From a virus, in IMG/VR virus record IMGVR_UViG_3300045996_000464, positions 7,289 through 71,288 of that record: DNA of 64,000 nucleotides, one strand, 5' to 3'. The position numbers and the translations under genes were made by a program. Shown one piece after another: positions 10,401 through 19,633 of the stretch; the stretch's first letter is position 1, and each line of letters starts with the position of its first letter. A model generated the notes under the pieces. That model had not been told where the DNA came from. It ran no database searches and worked only from the letters and a program-made list of their open reading frames with translations.

Positions 10401-11385
10401 CTCTATGGCTGACCTTGCGAACTACTACGCTGACGGCCAGATCATTGATGAGGTCTACATCGACCCGGTTACCTACGGCTGTGACATGCATTTCTACTAC
10501 TCAGACGACGACGATCCTGACTGGGACGAGAAGTTGTGGACGCCGATTCCACGACAGTACATCCTTAAGAGAGGCTTCTTCGCGCTACCTCAGCCGACTT
10601 ACGTGCGCTACTTCAAGATCGAGTTCAGTAATCTTGCGGCGATGCCTTATCAAGCACCTGAGTATCCATTGATCCCTGTCGTTCAGTACAACAGGTTCCC
10701 CTCTTGGGTTGAAGACTACTTTGCGATGGCCTACATGGATCGCCCGGTTACACCAGACCTTCTAGAAGTAGTTGAACAGGTCATCATTGATCCGATCAAG
10801 TTTGGATTCCAAAAGGTTAACGATAAGCTTGTTTCAAACTTTGAAGCAGAGCGTATCCTTCAAACACAAGACACAGACGATGAGGTTAGTGAGTACATCC
10901 ACGGCATCTTGCACACTGAGCATGTCGAGGATCGCGCGCATGTCGAGAGCAAGATTCAGTTTCGTTCGCCGCTCCAATGGCAGAGCGACCTTGTTGCCCT
11001 GCTCGACTCTAGTCGTGCCCTCTCTCGTGTAGCTATGGAAGCCCGAGAGGGCATCATCGACACCGGATGGTCAGCCGAGTTGGGCTTGCCGATTCATGAT
11101 ATCCCTCTACAGGCTTCTACGCAGAATCAGACGGAGAATATCAAAGAGAAGCAGACACCTATCTTGTGGTTCCCACGTCGAGCGCGGCATACCTACAAGA
11201 TCGTAGAGGCTCCGCTGACCAAGAAGCTAGCGTATTTCGCAGCCGTTAAGACCGTCAGCTTCCATCGTCGCAACTTCCAGGTCTACCATGACGAGGCCGT
11301 CTACTATGAGTCCTTGAGCGACAGCGCTCACATCGAAAGCACAGACTTTGTACAGAACGACTGGCGCTACGAGATTGAAACCTAA
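7426..11385 (+). CDS. baseplate wedge/tail protein with inserted carbohydrate-binding-like domains
   Basis: Follows baseplate J; internal NLLTNGGFE...IDGAQIEE module typical of tail carbohydrate-binding domains. Confidence 0.65.
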   Translation: MATIQELRAQGALTAVATPIPEPLNAPPKFNERLKRFGDHYNLSNDSHLFRFLVALCGDTGAGSLKRELLLPRLQAQLESTHFLNLDRIYGSALLLPRLDAELYAYNPENDILQQQQWAEVYAKDASYRARCLTWMRAIIAGSTLEGMSLAAEAAIGVECDIFERYKYIENQTAENALGGGSTQNIGKTTSRNEFVIVPRSLTVSEQEKRRIMRLVDKLRPVNTLCTVVAGDEVRSERSFQTVAASSERFYVKRLVSGNTAISWPDVDISQGVWVESAIEKEAPTFAFMDRQEAVTYLDVSSVEASTEHVGYFNKHQRQLFGHLAESPDETYYYSADRSYARNIAPVNLATAWTRGTGEAPHDMIVVNNHYPIGYFADTDTSAFIQQPQENFWASVEEYAPASETLVFDFGRVRPINFIDFEICHKPVDFIIEYDDAGVWKTVEPREGLPVSMSVDYHPSLANPWHYFEITFDLLQTQKIRLTMTRRERRFPLETSELFPWSIELRSARLMYVIGRASDFIEDEGQDVLGNTFRTELDVKRATVISELTDDDASLTVSGTPITDAVRTASLAGDGREPEGTYGIWEATTNLLTNGGFEANATGWTGTNGTVARDNARAKFGTYSGRLTITASGSATSMSATATISGATAARKYSGSVWVYADSTQTGRDFVIILRETGGASGAAESQSVKTLAAGWNLLTHTRTIAQNDRTGVLMAVGPSSNAGNFATQRYWIDGAQIEEQPLITPYVDTSGSTQTRTAARVQLPPSLLDETQGWVAMRVRLGWDSTTEPGDAYFFDWRDGGSEGIWGFYNATGNSLSIFRGNGSGSTVSTAFTPSTAETTFIFKWSATQLGMAANGLNFVTGSNTLIPDLAAALMDIGQTANASHLDGNVLWFAAGTGELTNADATTIYGYGSTAPEYTRDLPGAAQVLWDAESNTYQYNTGKPDPLNYWSSKPNPSRHGVEALYFDLRQGEITGTMEYLNTQFMDELNERSMADLANYYADGQIIDEVYIDPVTYGCDMHFYYSDDDDPDWDEKLWTPIPRQYILKRGFFALPQPTYVRYFKIEFSNLAAMPYQAPEYPLIPVVQYNRFPSWVEDYFAMAYMDRPVTPDLLEVVEQVIIDPIKFGFQKVNDKLVSNFEAERILQTQDTDDEVSEYIHGILHTEHVEDRAHVESKIQFRSPLQWQSDLVALLDSSRALSRVAMEAREGIIDTGWSAELGLPIHDIPLQASTQNQTENIKEKQTPILWFPRRARHTYKIVEAPLTKKLAYFAAVKTVSFHRRNFQVYHDEAVYYESLSDSAHIESTDFVQNDWRYEIET

Positions 11386-13385
11386 TGAGCCATAACCTCT
11401 ACACTAAGCTGGGAGAGAGTTTTGATATCTCTCCCGCACAACTAATAGACTATCGTCAGAGCGGAAGCGCCTATCAGACGATCAAGCACTACAACATCAG
11501 GTCATTCCATTCTGATACGTTGACGCGCAATTTCACCCAGGACGACTATGACTTCTGGGAGAACTATCAGTACCAGGATTACTCTGTTGGTGAGCCACGA
11601 TCTATCACTGGGCAGCAACTGATCAACCGCGACATGGCCAGCTTGAACACTCTTGACATGGGCGACATGGATGGTATGACCATGTTCCAGTTAGACTATG
11701 CTCAAACAGCTACAGGAAACGAAGAATGGACAACCGGGGCGGGCATCACCTTGGGCAGAGACGCAGCCAACAGGTACGTCAACCGCTTGGCCGTCAGCCT
11801 TAGCGCCGCAGAGCTTAAGGAGGTATCGTCTTTCTATGAAGACGACATCCTGACGGGCATGGAAGGCGACTACAACATCGAGCTAACGCTGTACGACTTT
11901 TCAGGCACAGGATTAGACCTGGCCAACTCTTGGCTTGACTTCTCGACTGACACTGGTTTCACGGCTGGCAACACGGCCAGCCTGCGGTTCTCCTTAACGA
12001 CCACAAGCCTAGCTGCCGTCCCTGTTGGTACCGAAACAAAGGCTATCTGGTCGAGAAGCTCTTTAGCAGCAATCGACATGACTCAGATCAAGGCAGTGCG
12101 ACTGCGACTCAAGGCAGGAGCTTCGCCGTTCACATTCATCACGAATGCGCTACGTGTGCTTCCGAATACCAGCCCGACATTGCCGCCCACAATGATCGAC
12201 ACCAAGCGAGGCATCTTTGTCAAGGCTCCCTCTCGTGATGGCGTGTTGAGCGACACCGCCGAGGCACTCAAGTTCTTCGACAAGACGAAGCCACGTAACG
12301 TCAAGGTGTACGCACGCTTCAACTCAGGTCACAATCCAACAGGCGCTGACAACAAGATTACCCTGTCGGCTCGCAATGAGGGGACAGCATCCAACAGCTA
12401 TGGGGTCAGTGCAGAGCTTACAGCACGAAACACCCAGAGTCGCTTGGCTATCACTGACTACACGGCCAGCGGAACTACCACCACATCATCTCCTATCAAC
12501 ACCAACATCCTAACAGAGAACACAGACTACTTCATGGTGCTAGAGGTCACAGACACTGCCGCCAAAGCATCTATTAGGGCAGTAGATGGAATCAATGTTG
12601 GCGCTGAAGTTTACTCTGTAACTGCCACAGTGACTCGACTGGATCGTGGCTATGTCGGCTGGAATCTAGCACCCTACAACCAGGACTTTACACTAGACTA
12701 TGTACAAGCACAGGATGCTACGTTCGGCTCATTCGTAACGACCTCCTTCAACTCACTCTCATGGGTTGAAGGTGCATCCCTGTTCACAGATCAATCCCCA
12801 CCTGCGGAGCTACTAGAGGACGGTGGCGACCCAATTGCTTGGGGCGATGCAACTCTCACTCGACTGACATCGTATGATTCCATTACTCGCACAGGCACAC
12901 TCAACCAAGGGGGCATCGTTTATGATGAGCCTGTGATGATGGGCACTGGCCGTCACGCTTATGTGCGTGGCCGCATCTGGCCTGAAGGTGGAGTTAATGG
13001 CACCTATCGCATCGCGCTCGTAGACGAGTACGACTCTGTTAGCTTCCTGGCTCAGATCACTGATCTTCTACCTAACAGGTGGAATGATTTTGAAATTAGC
13101 TTCGTTGATGAAGTCTTTGTTGTGCCCCTATTTCTGCATATTCAACAGCAGGGATATCATGCTGATACGTTCCGCTTAAGTGAAGTGCGAATTGATCACA
13201 ATGTCATTGCATGGGAAGCAACCGCAGATGCTACGAATTGGCAGCCATTCTTGAACACGTTAAACGAGCCGTATGGTGCCATCCACTTTGGCACTCCTGG
13301 CAAGGCAATTAAGCTGCGCGCTACAGCCTACTCAGATAGAGCATGGATTTCGAATTACAAACTTGTGCCGCACTACAAATTGTGA
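11385..13385 (+). CDS. tail/structural protein
   Basis: 666-aa beta-rich ORF translationally coupled to the upstream tail gene. Confidence 0.55.
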   Translation: MSHNLYTKLGESFDISPAQLIDYRQSGSAYQTIKHYNIRSFHSDTLTRNFTQDDYDFWENYQYQDYSVGEPRSITGQQLINRDMASLNTLDMGDMDGMTMFQLDYAQTATGNEEWTTGAGITLGRDAANRYVNRLAVSLSAAELKEVSSFYEDDILTGMEGDYNIELTLYDFSGTGLDLANSWLDFSTDTGFTAGNTASLRFSLTTTSLAAVPVGTETKAIWSRSSLAAIDMTQIKAVRLRLKAGASPFTFITNALRVLPNTSPTLPPTMIDTKRGIFVKAPSRDGVLSDTAEALKFFDKTKPRNVKVYARFNSGHNPTGADNKITLSARNEGTASNSYGVSAELTARNTQSRLAITDYTASGTTTTSSPINTNILTENTDYFMVLEVTDTAAKASIRAVDGINVGAEVYSVTATVTRLDRGYVGWNLAPYNQDFTLDYVQAQDATFGSFVTTSFNSLSWVEGASLFTDQSPPAELLEDGGDPIAWGDATLTRLTSYDSITRTGTLNQGGIVYDEPVMMGTGRHAYVRGRIWPEGGVNGTYRIALVDEYDSVSFLAQITDLLPNRWNDFEISFVDEVFVVPLFLHIQQQGYHADTFRLSEVRIDHNVIAWEATADATNWQPFLNTLNEPYGAIHFGTPGKAIKLRATAYSDRAWISNYKLVPHYKL

Positions 13386-13416
13386 TAGAATAGTAGTAGC
13401 GAAAGGTATACCTTAT

Positions 13417-15249
13417 TTGACCAAGATTTTACGGTGGGATGATTACCGTCCCACGTTCCTGAAAATGGAACAAGAGGCTCAAGCTCGTGCCCTGTTCCTG
13501 GAACCTCATCCAGACTACCCAGCCTATCTGCTGGTCAATTCCTTTGACCCGTTGTACGTGCATGCGCTGAAAGAGACTATCGGGGAGTATCGCGCAATCC
13601 ACAAGCTGAAGCTGGATAAGCTGTTTGAGGCTGCTGACGAAGAAGGCTTCGGCCCAATTGTGTATGCAGGAAACCCCGACGACATCTTCGACTTCCTCAA
13701 GAGACTGGACGATCCGTACCCTCACGACCTTTCCGTAACCTTGAAGCACTTTCAGTTGCGTGGGTACAACTACACCAAGAGTCTCGACAGCGCCATCATC
13801 AACTGGTCTACAGGTACAGGCAAGTCGGTCTATGCAGTGGCTCGCGCTAAGCATCTATTGCTAGATGGCGAGATTGACAAGGTGGTGGTTCTCTCCAAGA
13901 GCCACAACAAGAAGAACTGGCAGCGCACATTCGAACGTATCGGCGCACTACAAGCTGTGAGAGATGATGAGTGTGTTGGCTCCCCTAGCATGGCCCGTGA
14001 GCGTCGTGCGGAATTGTACAAGGACAATGATATCTTCATCATCAACTACGAGAAGATGCGCTACCGTCCTGAGCGAGAGCCGCGTCAGACCTTAGTGGGT
14101 GGCAGGAAGCGCCCTGCCGCCTCAGGAGACGGCCAGGAGCTACAGGAGGCTCTTAGAGGCCAGCGTGTGCTTTGGGTATGGGATGAGATGCCCTCCAAGA
14201 TGAAGAGCATGCAGACGGCCTGGTACAAGGGCGCACAGAAGCTGCTGAAGGTGACCAAGCACAACTACCAGATCGAGCTAACCGCTACGAAGGTTGAGCG
14301 TGACCCCGAGAACGTCTACGTTTGCACCAAAATCTTGGACAAGAACATCTGGCCTAGCATTTCAACGTTCCGATCCCACTACGCCAAGTCGATGTCTAAT
14401 TTCTCCCCATGGCAGGTTGCATCCTGGGACAAGAAGAAACTGCCCGAGATTGGCATGCGCCTCGCCCACATTACGCACGTGGCTGACAAGTACTCTGATC
14501 CTGAGATTCGGGATGAGTTCCCTGTAGATCACTGGGAAGATGTGTTGATCGACATGTCGCCCCAAGACCGAAAGCTCTATGACCATGTGAAGCAGGCCAC
14601 GCTTGAGGACAAGGAAGTGCTGACGTTCAACAAGTTGATCCCACTACAGCTAGTTTGCAATAATCCTCTTTTGTTAGAGTCTTCTGGCTCTGAGCTAGCG
14701 GCCCGGATTCTACAAACGGAGCGCGTCACAGACGCTTACTGCAACAAGCTCTTGAAGTTGCGTGACATCCTCGATGAGATTGACAGCAAGGTGGTCATCT
14801 TCACCAAGTTTACGAATCTCGGCACGAAGATGCTAATGCCTTATCTCGCGGCCTGGGGCCAGACGTTCGTCATCTATGACGGCAACGCTAACAAAAAGCA
14901 AGAAGCGCAAGACAGGTTCCGTGAGGACGATAGGATCAAGATTTTCCTGTCATCCGATGCAGGCTCTGACTCCATCGATCTTGAGCAGGCCACCACGGTC
15001 ATCAACTATGACTTGCCAGATAATCACTCGACGCTCATTCAGCGCGTCAACAGGATCAGTCGCCTCACGTCCACGGCAGAGCATGTTTTCTACATGAACC
15101 TAATCATGGCCGACACACTGGAAGAGAAGAAGCTTAAGCGCCTCCATGTTAAGCGGCAGTATGAAGAAGCTATTGATACCGACCTTGTAGAGCAGTCTGA
15201 GCTATTGACCGAGACGAACGTCGATTCAATCGACTGGCTTTTGGCCTAA
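13417..15249 (+). CDS. SNF2-like (SF2) helicase
   Basis: STGTGKS Walker A, WDE Walker B, LTAT motif III, INYD...QRVNRISR motif VI; TTG start after GAAAGG. Confidence 0.85.
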   Translation: MTKILRWDDYRPTFLKMEQEAQARALFLEPHPDYPAYLLVNSFDPLYVHALKETIGEYRAIHKLKLDKLFEAADEEGFGPIVYAGNPDDIFDFLKRLDDPYPHDLSVTLKHFQLRGYNYTKSLDSAIINWSTGTGKSVYAVARAKHLLLDGEIDKVVVLSKSHNKKNWQRTFERIGALQAVRDDECVGSPSMARERRAELYKDNDIFIINYEKMRYRPEREPRQTLVGGRKRPAASGDGQELQEALRGQRVLWVWDEMPSKMKSMQTAWYKGAQKLLKVTKHNYQIELTATKVERDPENVYVCTKILDKNIWPSISTFRSHYAKSMSNFSPWQVASWDKKKLPEIGMRLAHITHVADKYSDPEIRDEFPVDHWEDVLIDMSPQDRKLYDHVKQATLEDKEVLTFNKLIPLQLVCNNPLLLESSGSELAARILQTERVTDAYCNKLLKLRDILDEIDSKVVIFTKFTNLGTKMLMPYLAAWGQTFVIYDGNANKKQEAQDRFREDDRIKIFLSSDAGSDSIDLEQATTVINYDLPDNHSTLIQRVNRISRLTSTAEHVFYMNLIMADTLEEKKLKRLHVKRQYEEAIDTDLVEQSELLTETNVDSIDWLLA

Positions 15250-15572
15250 ATGCGACCCGGCTTCCTTACCTTGTGGTTCGCTTCTGCATACGCCTTGCGT
15301 GTCTGTTCCATGATAAGCTCGTAAGCCTCATCGTCTACGCCATTATGATCGGCGGCGATGCGCTCAATTTCCTTGATGGCTTGGATTATGACTGCCGGGT
15401 CAAGTATGCGCTTACTATCAATCGTTGTTTTCTCAGCGCTAACGCACTGGAAATCTTTGCAGCCGCACAAGTCATCTTGATAGTTGCAATGGCCAAACGG
15501 CTGATAACCAGCCAATTTCTCATGCAATGACCTAGAATGCCCGCAGTTGTCGCAGACCTGTTCTTTGATCAT
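15246..15572 (-). CDS. hypothetical protein with N-terminal Cys/His cluster
   Basis: CDNCGH..H...C...CGC motif; last gene of the minus-strand block. Confidence 0.6.
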   Translation of the reverse strand: MIKEQVCDNCGHSRSLHEKLAGYQPFGHCNYQDDLCGCKDFQCVSAEKTTIDSKRILDPAVIIQAIKEIERIAADHNGVDDEAYELIMEQTRKAYAEANHKVRKPGRI

Positions 15573-15736
15573 GTTCCAGGCAAAGCTCTAGAGGGCGAAC
15601 GGTCGGTAGCTTCTTTGTGCCGCTTCACGGTAACTTCAACCTTCTTAGTGCCAAGAAGGTAGGTGATTTCAAGATCATCAATCTTGGCTATCTCAGCAGG
15701 CATGCCGAGAAACGTTACCTTGTCTCCCTTTTTCAT
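15569..15736 (-). CDS. hypothetical protein (55 aa, MKKGDKV...)
   Basis: Hand-translated; ATGA overlaps with both neighbours. Confidence 0.55.
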   Translation of the reverse strand: MKKGDKVTFLGMPAEIAKIDDLEITYLLGTKKVEVTVKRHKEATDRSPSRALPGT

Positions 15737-16164
15737 AGAAGCTGCATCCTCTCGGCCATCTCTTCGATCACTGACTCAGGAATCTGACGATCCTTGGGGC
15801 GCGTAGCATTACGCGCGAAAGCTACCTCAAGTGGCACATCCACACGAATCACTTGAGTGTCGTAGCCGAAGACGTATGCGCCCATGAGGTAAGGTGAAAC
15901 TGCCTCCTGGGTCAGGTTGGTGTTGTCGATGATGATGTTGTGCATGTTCCTACTCATCTCAAGGATCGCGCGCCTCTGGTTCCAGTTATGGGCCTCGGCG
16001 GTGCGGGTCTTGTCGTAGTCGTAGTAGCTAGGGTCACCCATGTACCAAAACTCGTCAGTGGAGAAGATGAGCGCGCCAGTGGCATCAGCCAAAGCCTTGG
16101 CGACGGTAGACTTGCCAGAGCCTGGAATGCCTTGCATGAGTGTTAGCGTCTTCTTGGTCATCAA
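15733..16164 (-). CDS. P-loop kinase (AAA_33 / polynucleotide kinase-like)
   Basis: GIPGSGKST Walker A, STD, IIIDNTN, ARN..R...IP motifs. Confidence 0.8.
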   Translation of the reverse strand: MMTKKTLTLMQGIPGSGKSTVAKALADATGALIFSTDEFWYMGDPSYYDYDKTRTAEAHNWNQRRAILEMSRNMHNIIIDNTNLTQEAVSPYLMGAYVFGYDTQVIRVDVPLEVAFARNATRPKDRQIPESVIEEMAERMQLL

Positions 16165-16463
16165 GCTTCTCCCGTAGAGCTTATCCCGCCCGCTCTACAT
16201 TCACGACACAATCCTTGGACAATCGAAACCTGCCCAGCACGACATGCGCTACAGTCGCCAATACTAGGTTCACTATCAAGTATAGCAGATACCCGCCCTT
16301 CCGTCTGTTCAGCAACATAACATGGAACACAAATATCCCATTTGACGCCATCAGCATCTTGGGCGCACTCTTCTGATGTTAGTGATTCAAAACAAAGGCA
16401 ACAGAAAAGACAGTCATGTTCGGATGCTTTCTTGCCATGGAAGAGACATACAGGGTCAATCAT
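16161..16463 (-). CDS. Cys-rich hypothetical protein
   Basis: Several CxxC pairs; coupled overlaps with neighbours. Confidence 0.55.
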   Translation of the reverse strand: MIDPVCLFHGKKASEHDCLFCCLCFESLTSEECAQDADGVKWDICVPCYVAEQTEGRVSAILDSEPSIGDCSACRAGQVSIVQGLCRECRAGGISSTGEA

Positions 16464-16963
16464 AGATAGCTCGCATCATCGTCGGGGTGAGCAAGAGGAT
16501 CGTCGCTGTACCCATTGGCTTGTTCCGCGTCTACGCTGGAAGCCCCAACGCCCTGGCAAACGTCGCAGACCTGACGCTCGTGCAGGTGGCAATCGCAGGC
16601 AGCGTCCGGTGTGCTGGTCGCCCGGCGACGCTCTGCGCGCATCTCGAATGGGTCGAATGTCCGAGCGCCGTTTCTGTCCTCCGCGTCTACGCTGGAAGTA
16701 CGGAGCGCGGCGAGAGCAGCGCGCACCACCTTTCCGGGCGGAAACTTGCCTGAGACGAGGTAGGGCGTCAGCAGTTTCTCTGCTGTTCGTAGCGCCTGTG
16801 CAGCGTCCGGTGTGCTGGTCTGCTCCCGAGCGAGCGCGTCTCCTGCGGCGAGCAAGCGTGCGAGTCCCTCGTCGTCGTGGCAGACCTCACCGTGATCGTT
16901 CACAACGGCTTCGCGTGCCGCGCTCCACTCGCGTAGCGTGTCCTGGGCGGGGGGAACGCGCAT
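16460..16963 (-). CDS. mosaic hypothetical protein with internal repeats
   Basis: TSTPDAA and SSVDAE each occur twice; ATGA overlaps. Confidence 0.55.
   Translation of the reverse strand: MRVPPAQDTLREWSAAREAVVNDHGEVCHDDEGLARLLAAGDALAREQTSTPDAAQALRTAEKLLTPYLVSGKFPPGKVVRAALAALRTSSVDAEDRNGARTFDPFEMRAERRRATSTPDAACDCHLHERQVCDVCQGVGASSVDAEQANGYSDDPLAHPDDDASYL
16524..16820. repeat. two interleaved direct repeats (19 bp and 21 bp)
   Basis: TCCGCGTCTACGCTGGAAG at 16524 and 16680; GCAGCGTCCGGTGTGCTGGTC at 16599 and 16800. Confidence 0.85.
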
Positions 16964-17071
16964 CAGGCGTCGTCCTTTTTCTCATACCCGAGTAACCGCG
17001 CCATCGGCTTGGCGAGCCAATACCATATGACGAGCCAGCCGGACGCAAAACCGCTCAGCCACACGAACACG

Positions 17072-17284
17072 TCATGCCAAGTCATCGGCGTCTTTTTCCT
17101 TCACGACATTCGGCCAAGTAACTTCATAGTCCCACCGAGGATCAACGTGCCGCCCATCTGAGGTTTTGGCCCAGTGATTACTGCTGTGACCCTGTTCGCC
17201 CCGGCATCGGCGTGGCCCTTCGTCAAACTTATAGATGGGCGACAGGCTTTCACAGCGCGCTTTCGTGGATGAACCAGAAGTCAT
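17072..17284 (-). CDS. hypothetical protein (probably leaderless)
   Basis: ATG 6 nt after a TATACT -10 box. Confidence 0.55.
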   Translation of the reverse strand: MTSGSSTKARCESLSPIYKFDEGPRRCRGEQGHSSNHWAKTSDGRHVDPRWDYEVTWPNVVKEKDADDLA

Positions 17285-17290
17285 AAATTC

Positions 17291-17319
17291 AGTATAGCAG
17301 CCCAGGTTGCAACTGTCAA
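17291..17319 (-). promoter_or_regulatory. sigma-70-type promoter
   Basis: TTGACA-N17-TATACT on the minus strand. Confidence 0.75.
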
Positions 17320-17320
17320 G

Positions 17321-17626
17321 CTATCTGCCAACTCGCTCTTTCTCCCACATCATGCCACATAGCACGGAGCGGAAGAGATAGCCCTGAAGCATATGAGGAT
17401 CAACACCACCCTTGTTCTTGATGCTCTCGACAATCTCCTGTAGTCGCTCAGCGACATAGCGCTTCACGTCCTCCTGTTCCCAGTCCTTGAAGTCAAGATC
17501 GGGTGGCCAGACATAGCCATCACCCAATTCACTATCCCCAAGCAGACCTTGGGTTACGGCAACGTCAAGAGACTCGCTGTAGATTTCCCAGATGTCATTC
17601 AAAGGGTGCTGATTATTCGTGTCCAT
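17321..17626 (-). CDS. hypothetical protein
   Basis: 101-aa ORF in the minus-strand block. Confidence 0.6.
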   Translation of the reverse strand: MDTNNQHPLNDIWEIYSESLDVAVTQGLLGDSELGDGYVWPPDLDFKDWEQEDVKRYVAERLQEIVESIKNKGGVDPHMLQGYLFRSVLCGMMWEKERVGR

Positions 17627-17810
17627 CTCGCTTATTAGCTGGCGCTGATGACCCCTTTGATGTTAGCACGTCCCTGCCAACCTTCTTCATGGCACGGCGC
17701 TCAGAAGCAGGGATGGCCATCATGTCTGTAATGGCTCGCTCAAGCTCACGTACACGCCGCTCAGCGACAAGCGCTCGCGTCTCCCAGGTATTTTCGCTAG
17801 GGATGTACAC
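17613..17810 (-). CDS. hypothetical protein
   Basis: Coupled small ORF. Confidence 0.5.
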   Translation of the reverse strand: MYIPSENTWETRALVAERRVRELERAITDMMAIPASERRAMKKVGRDVLTSKGSSAPANKRDGHE

Positions 17811-17995
17811 TACGGTAGCTCCGCTTGTTCGAAAAGGGCAAGGACACGATCTATTTCCGCATCCATCTCTTCTTGAGAAAGGATAACGGCAAAAGCATCC
17901 AATATAGACAGGTCATGCCCACGTTTGGCAGCTAGCTGCTTAAGCCTTTCGTACTTCTCTTCTCTGGTCATGGTAGCTCCGGTGCGTTGCGCCAA
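17810..17995 (-). CDS. hypothetical protein
   Basis: Coupled small ORF. Confidence 0.5.
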   Translation of the reverse strand: MAQRTGATMTREEKYERLKQLAAKRGHDLSILDAFAVILSQEEMDAEIDRVLALFEQAELP

Positions 17996-18327
17996 CTGCC
18001 ACCCTTAGAGCGCATGATCGGGGTGCCATCCTCGCGCTGCTGCCAGATCATGCCAGGATCAATGCCGACAATCTTGCAGGCGCGCACATAGTCAGGCCAG
18101 AGCTTCTTTGGATTGCGAGGTTGCGCATAGCCACACAGGACGCACTTCTTGTGTGAAGCGCTAGACACGTGGCGATAAGTACTCTTGATGATCTTGCCAG
18201 CGGCATCCTCTTTCTCGTACTCAACCTCATGCCACCATGTGCCCTCAGTGGGCGGGTTCATCAATAGGCGACGGAGGTACTCTTCCTCAGTCTTGTTCTT
18301 CCACAGCTTGGGCTTACGCTTCGCCAC
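17968..18327 (-). CDS. hypothetical protein
   Basis: GTG start after GGAGG inside ORF 17968..18471; H..CxxC motif. Confidence 0.55.
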   Translation of the reverse strand: MAKRKPKLWKNKTEEEYLRRLLMNPPTEGTWWHEVEYEKEDAAGKIIKSTYRHVSSASHKKCVLCGYAQPRNPKKLWPDYVRACKIVGIDPGMIWQQREDGTPIMRSKGGSWRNAPELP

Positions 18328-18517
18328 TGTACCTCCGGTAAACGATTTGGGTCGAATGCTTCTGTTTCTCCCCTGGCTTACGAGCAAAGGAGTAACCGAT
18401 ATCGAAAATTTCATCATGCTCGTCAAAAAGATCGAGCTTGGCCTGGACATTAGCCTGATGTTTAGTAGCATTACCGTCCGTCTCGACCACTATGACATAA
18501 AACTTGCTACTCATCAT
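18314..18517 (-). CDS. hypothetical protein
   Basis: Small ORF tiling the minus-strand block. Confidence 0.5.
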   Translation of the reverse strand: MMSSKFYVIVVETDGNATKHQANVQAKLDLFDEHDEIFDIGYSFARKPGEKQKHSTQIVYRRYSGEA

Positions 18518-18689
18518 ATACCCTATAGATGATCAAGGTTGAATAGACACACTGGGCATTAGAAAGACTGATGCTATGCTTGACATCGAAAAGCTCCTTG
18601 GGTGGAACAATCTCAGCAAGCACAGCATTGACTCTTTCGTAATGAGGTTCTTCGTTGATCGTAACGATGTGTCTGGACTTGAGTGTCAC
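18507..18689 (-). CDS. hypothetical protein (probably leaderless)
   Basis: GTG 6 nt after TTGTGC-N17-TATACT. Confidence 0.5.
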   Translation of the reverse strand: MTLKSRHIVTINEEPHYERVNAVLAEIVPPKELFDVKHSISLSNAQCVYSTLIIYRVYDE

Positions 18690-18914
18690 CTATCCAGTAT
18701 ACCACATCTTCGTGTCACGCACAATTCTAATTCATCACTTGACATTTAGCTATTTATATGATATCACGCGCGGGCGCGCTAGTGGCAACCTATATAGGGT
18801 CTAATAGTTACTACGTAGTAAGATTGAGATGTTAGGTGAGAGAAGAGAGATACCTAGTTTCGGCGGCTAGCGCCGAGTAATAATTGGACATGTTCAATCC
18901 AACAAAGAGGTAAA

Positions 18915-19358
18915 ATGACTGGTCTACTATCAAACGCTGGTCGCTCATTCCTGCGAGCCTTCGCCGGTTCGTTGCTTGTTCTCCTTCCGGGAGTGCTGGC
19001 AGCGCCTGACGTGAACGCTATGCTAGGTCTAGCGGTTGCAGCACTAATCGCTTCGGTCGCCGCAGGCTTGAAGGCTCTTCAGGTCTTCGTTCCGCAGCTA
19101 TCGTTCCAGAGCTTTGTGCCTGGATTCGCTGGTACGCTGTTGGACTCTGCCGCACGAGCGTTCCTTGGTGCATTCCTGATCCTAGCTCCGGGCGTCCTTG
19201 GCGCACCGAACCTAGATCAAGGCAAGGCACTTCTCACGGCTGCTCTGGTCGCAGGCGTCACCGCAGCAGTCCGCGCACTACAGGCATTCTTCACTACAGG
19301 CGAGCCTGTTGGTGAGGCTGGCTTCGACGTGCCGGATCGAAAGCGCTTGGGAGTCTAA
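18915..19358 (+). CDS. putative holin (internally duplicated membrane protein)
   Basis: Two similar hydrophobic halves (RAF.G..L.L.PGVL.AP ... ALQ.F); GAGG RBS. Confidence 0.65.
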   Translation: MTGLLSNAGRSFLRAFAGSLLVLLPGVLAAPDVNAMLGLAVAALIASVAAGLKALQVFVPQLSFQSFVPGFAGTLLDSAARAFLGAFLILAPGVLGAPNLDQGKALLTAALVAGVTAAVRALQAFFTTGEPVGEAGFDVPDRKRLGV

Positions 19359-19508
19359 ATGGCTTTCGAGAAGACAGGACGTGAAGGTCTAGGCGACAAC
19401 GCGCCCCAGGTTCCAAACCCGGACGCAGCGCCCGACGATTCGCTCTTGGGCGCACCTGACGACGAGCCAGTGCCGCACGGCAATGGACTCGACGCAGACG
19501 ACGACTAA
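19359..19508 (+). CDS. small acidic protein (49 aa)
   Basis: Hand-translated MAFEKTG...DADDD; begins right after the holin stop, GGAG upstream. Confidence 0.5.
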   Translation: MAFEKTGREGLGDNAPQVPNPDAAPDDSLLGAPDDEPVPHGNGLDADDD

Positions 19509-19543
19509 ATCTGCTACACTAAGTAGTACTTGGCAAGTCGGCG

Positions 19544-19569
19544 CAGGGCGGGAGCAATCCCGCCCTTGC
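19544..19569 (+). terminator. GC-rich hairpin, putative terminator
   Basis: AGGGCGGGA-GCAA-TCCCGCCCT inverted repeat. Confidence 0.55.
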
Positions 19570-19633
19570 TATTCACCCGAGTCTATGATATAATGAATAG
19601 ACAAGGGAAAGAAAGACGAAAGGGGATCGAAAC

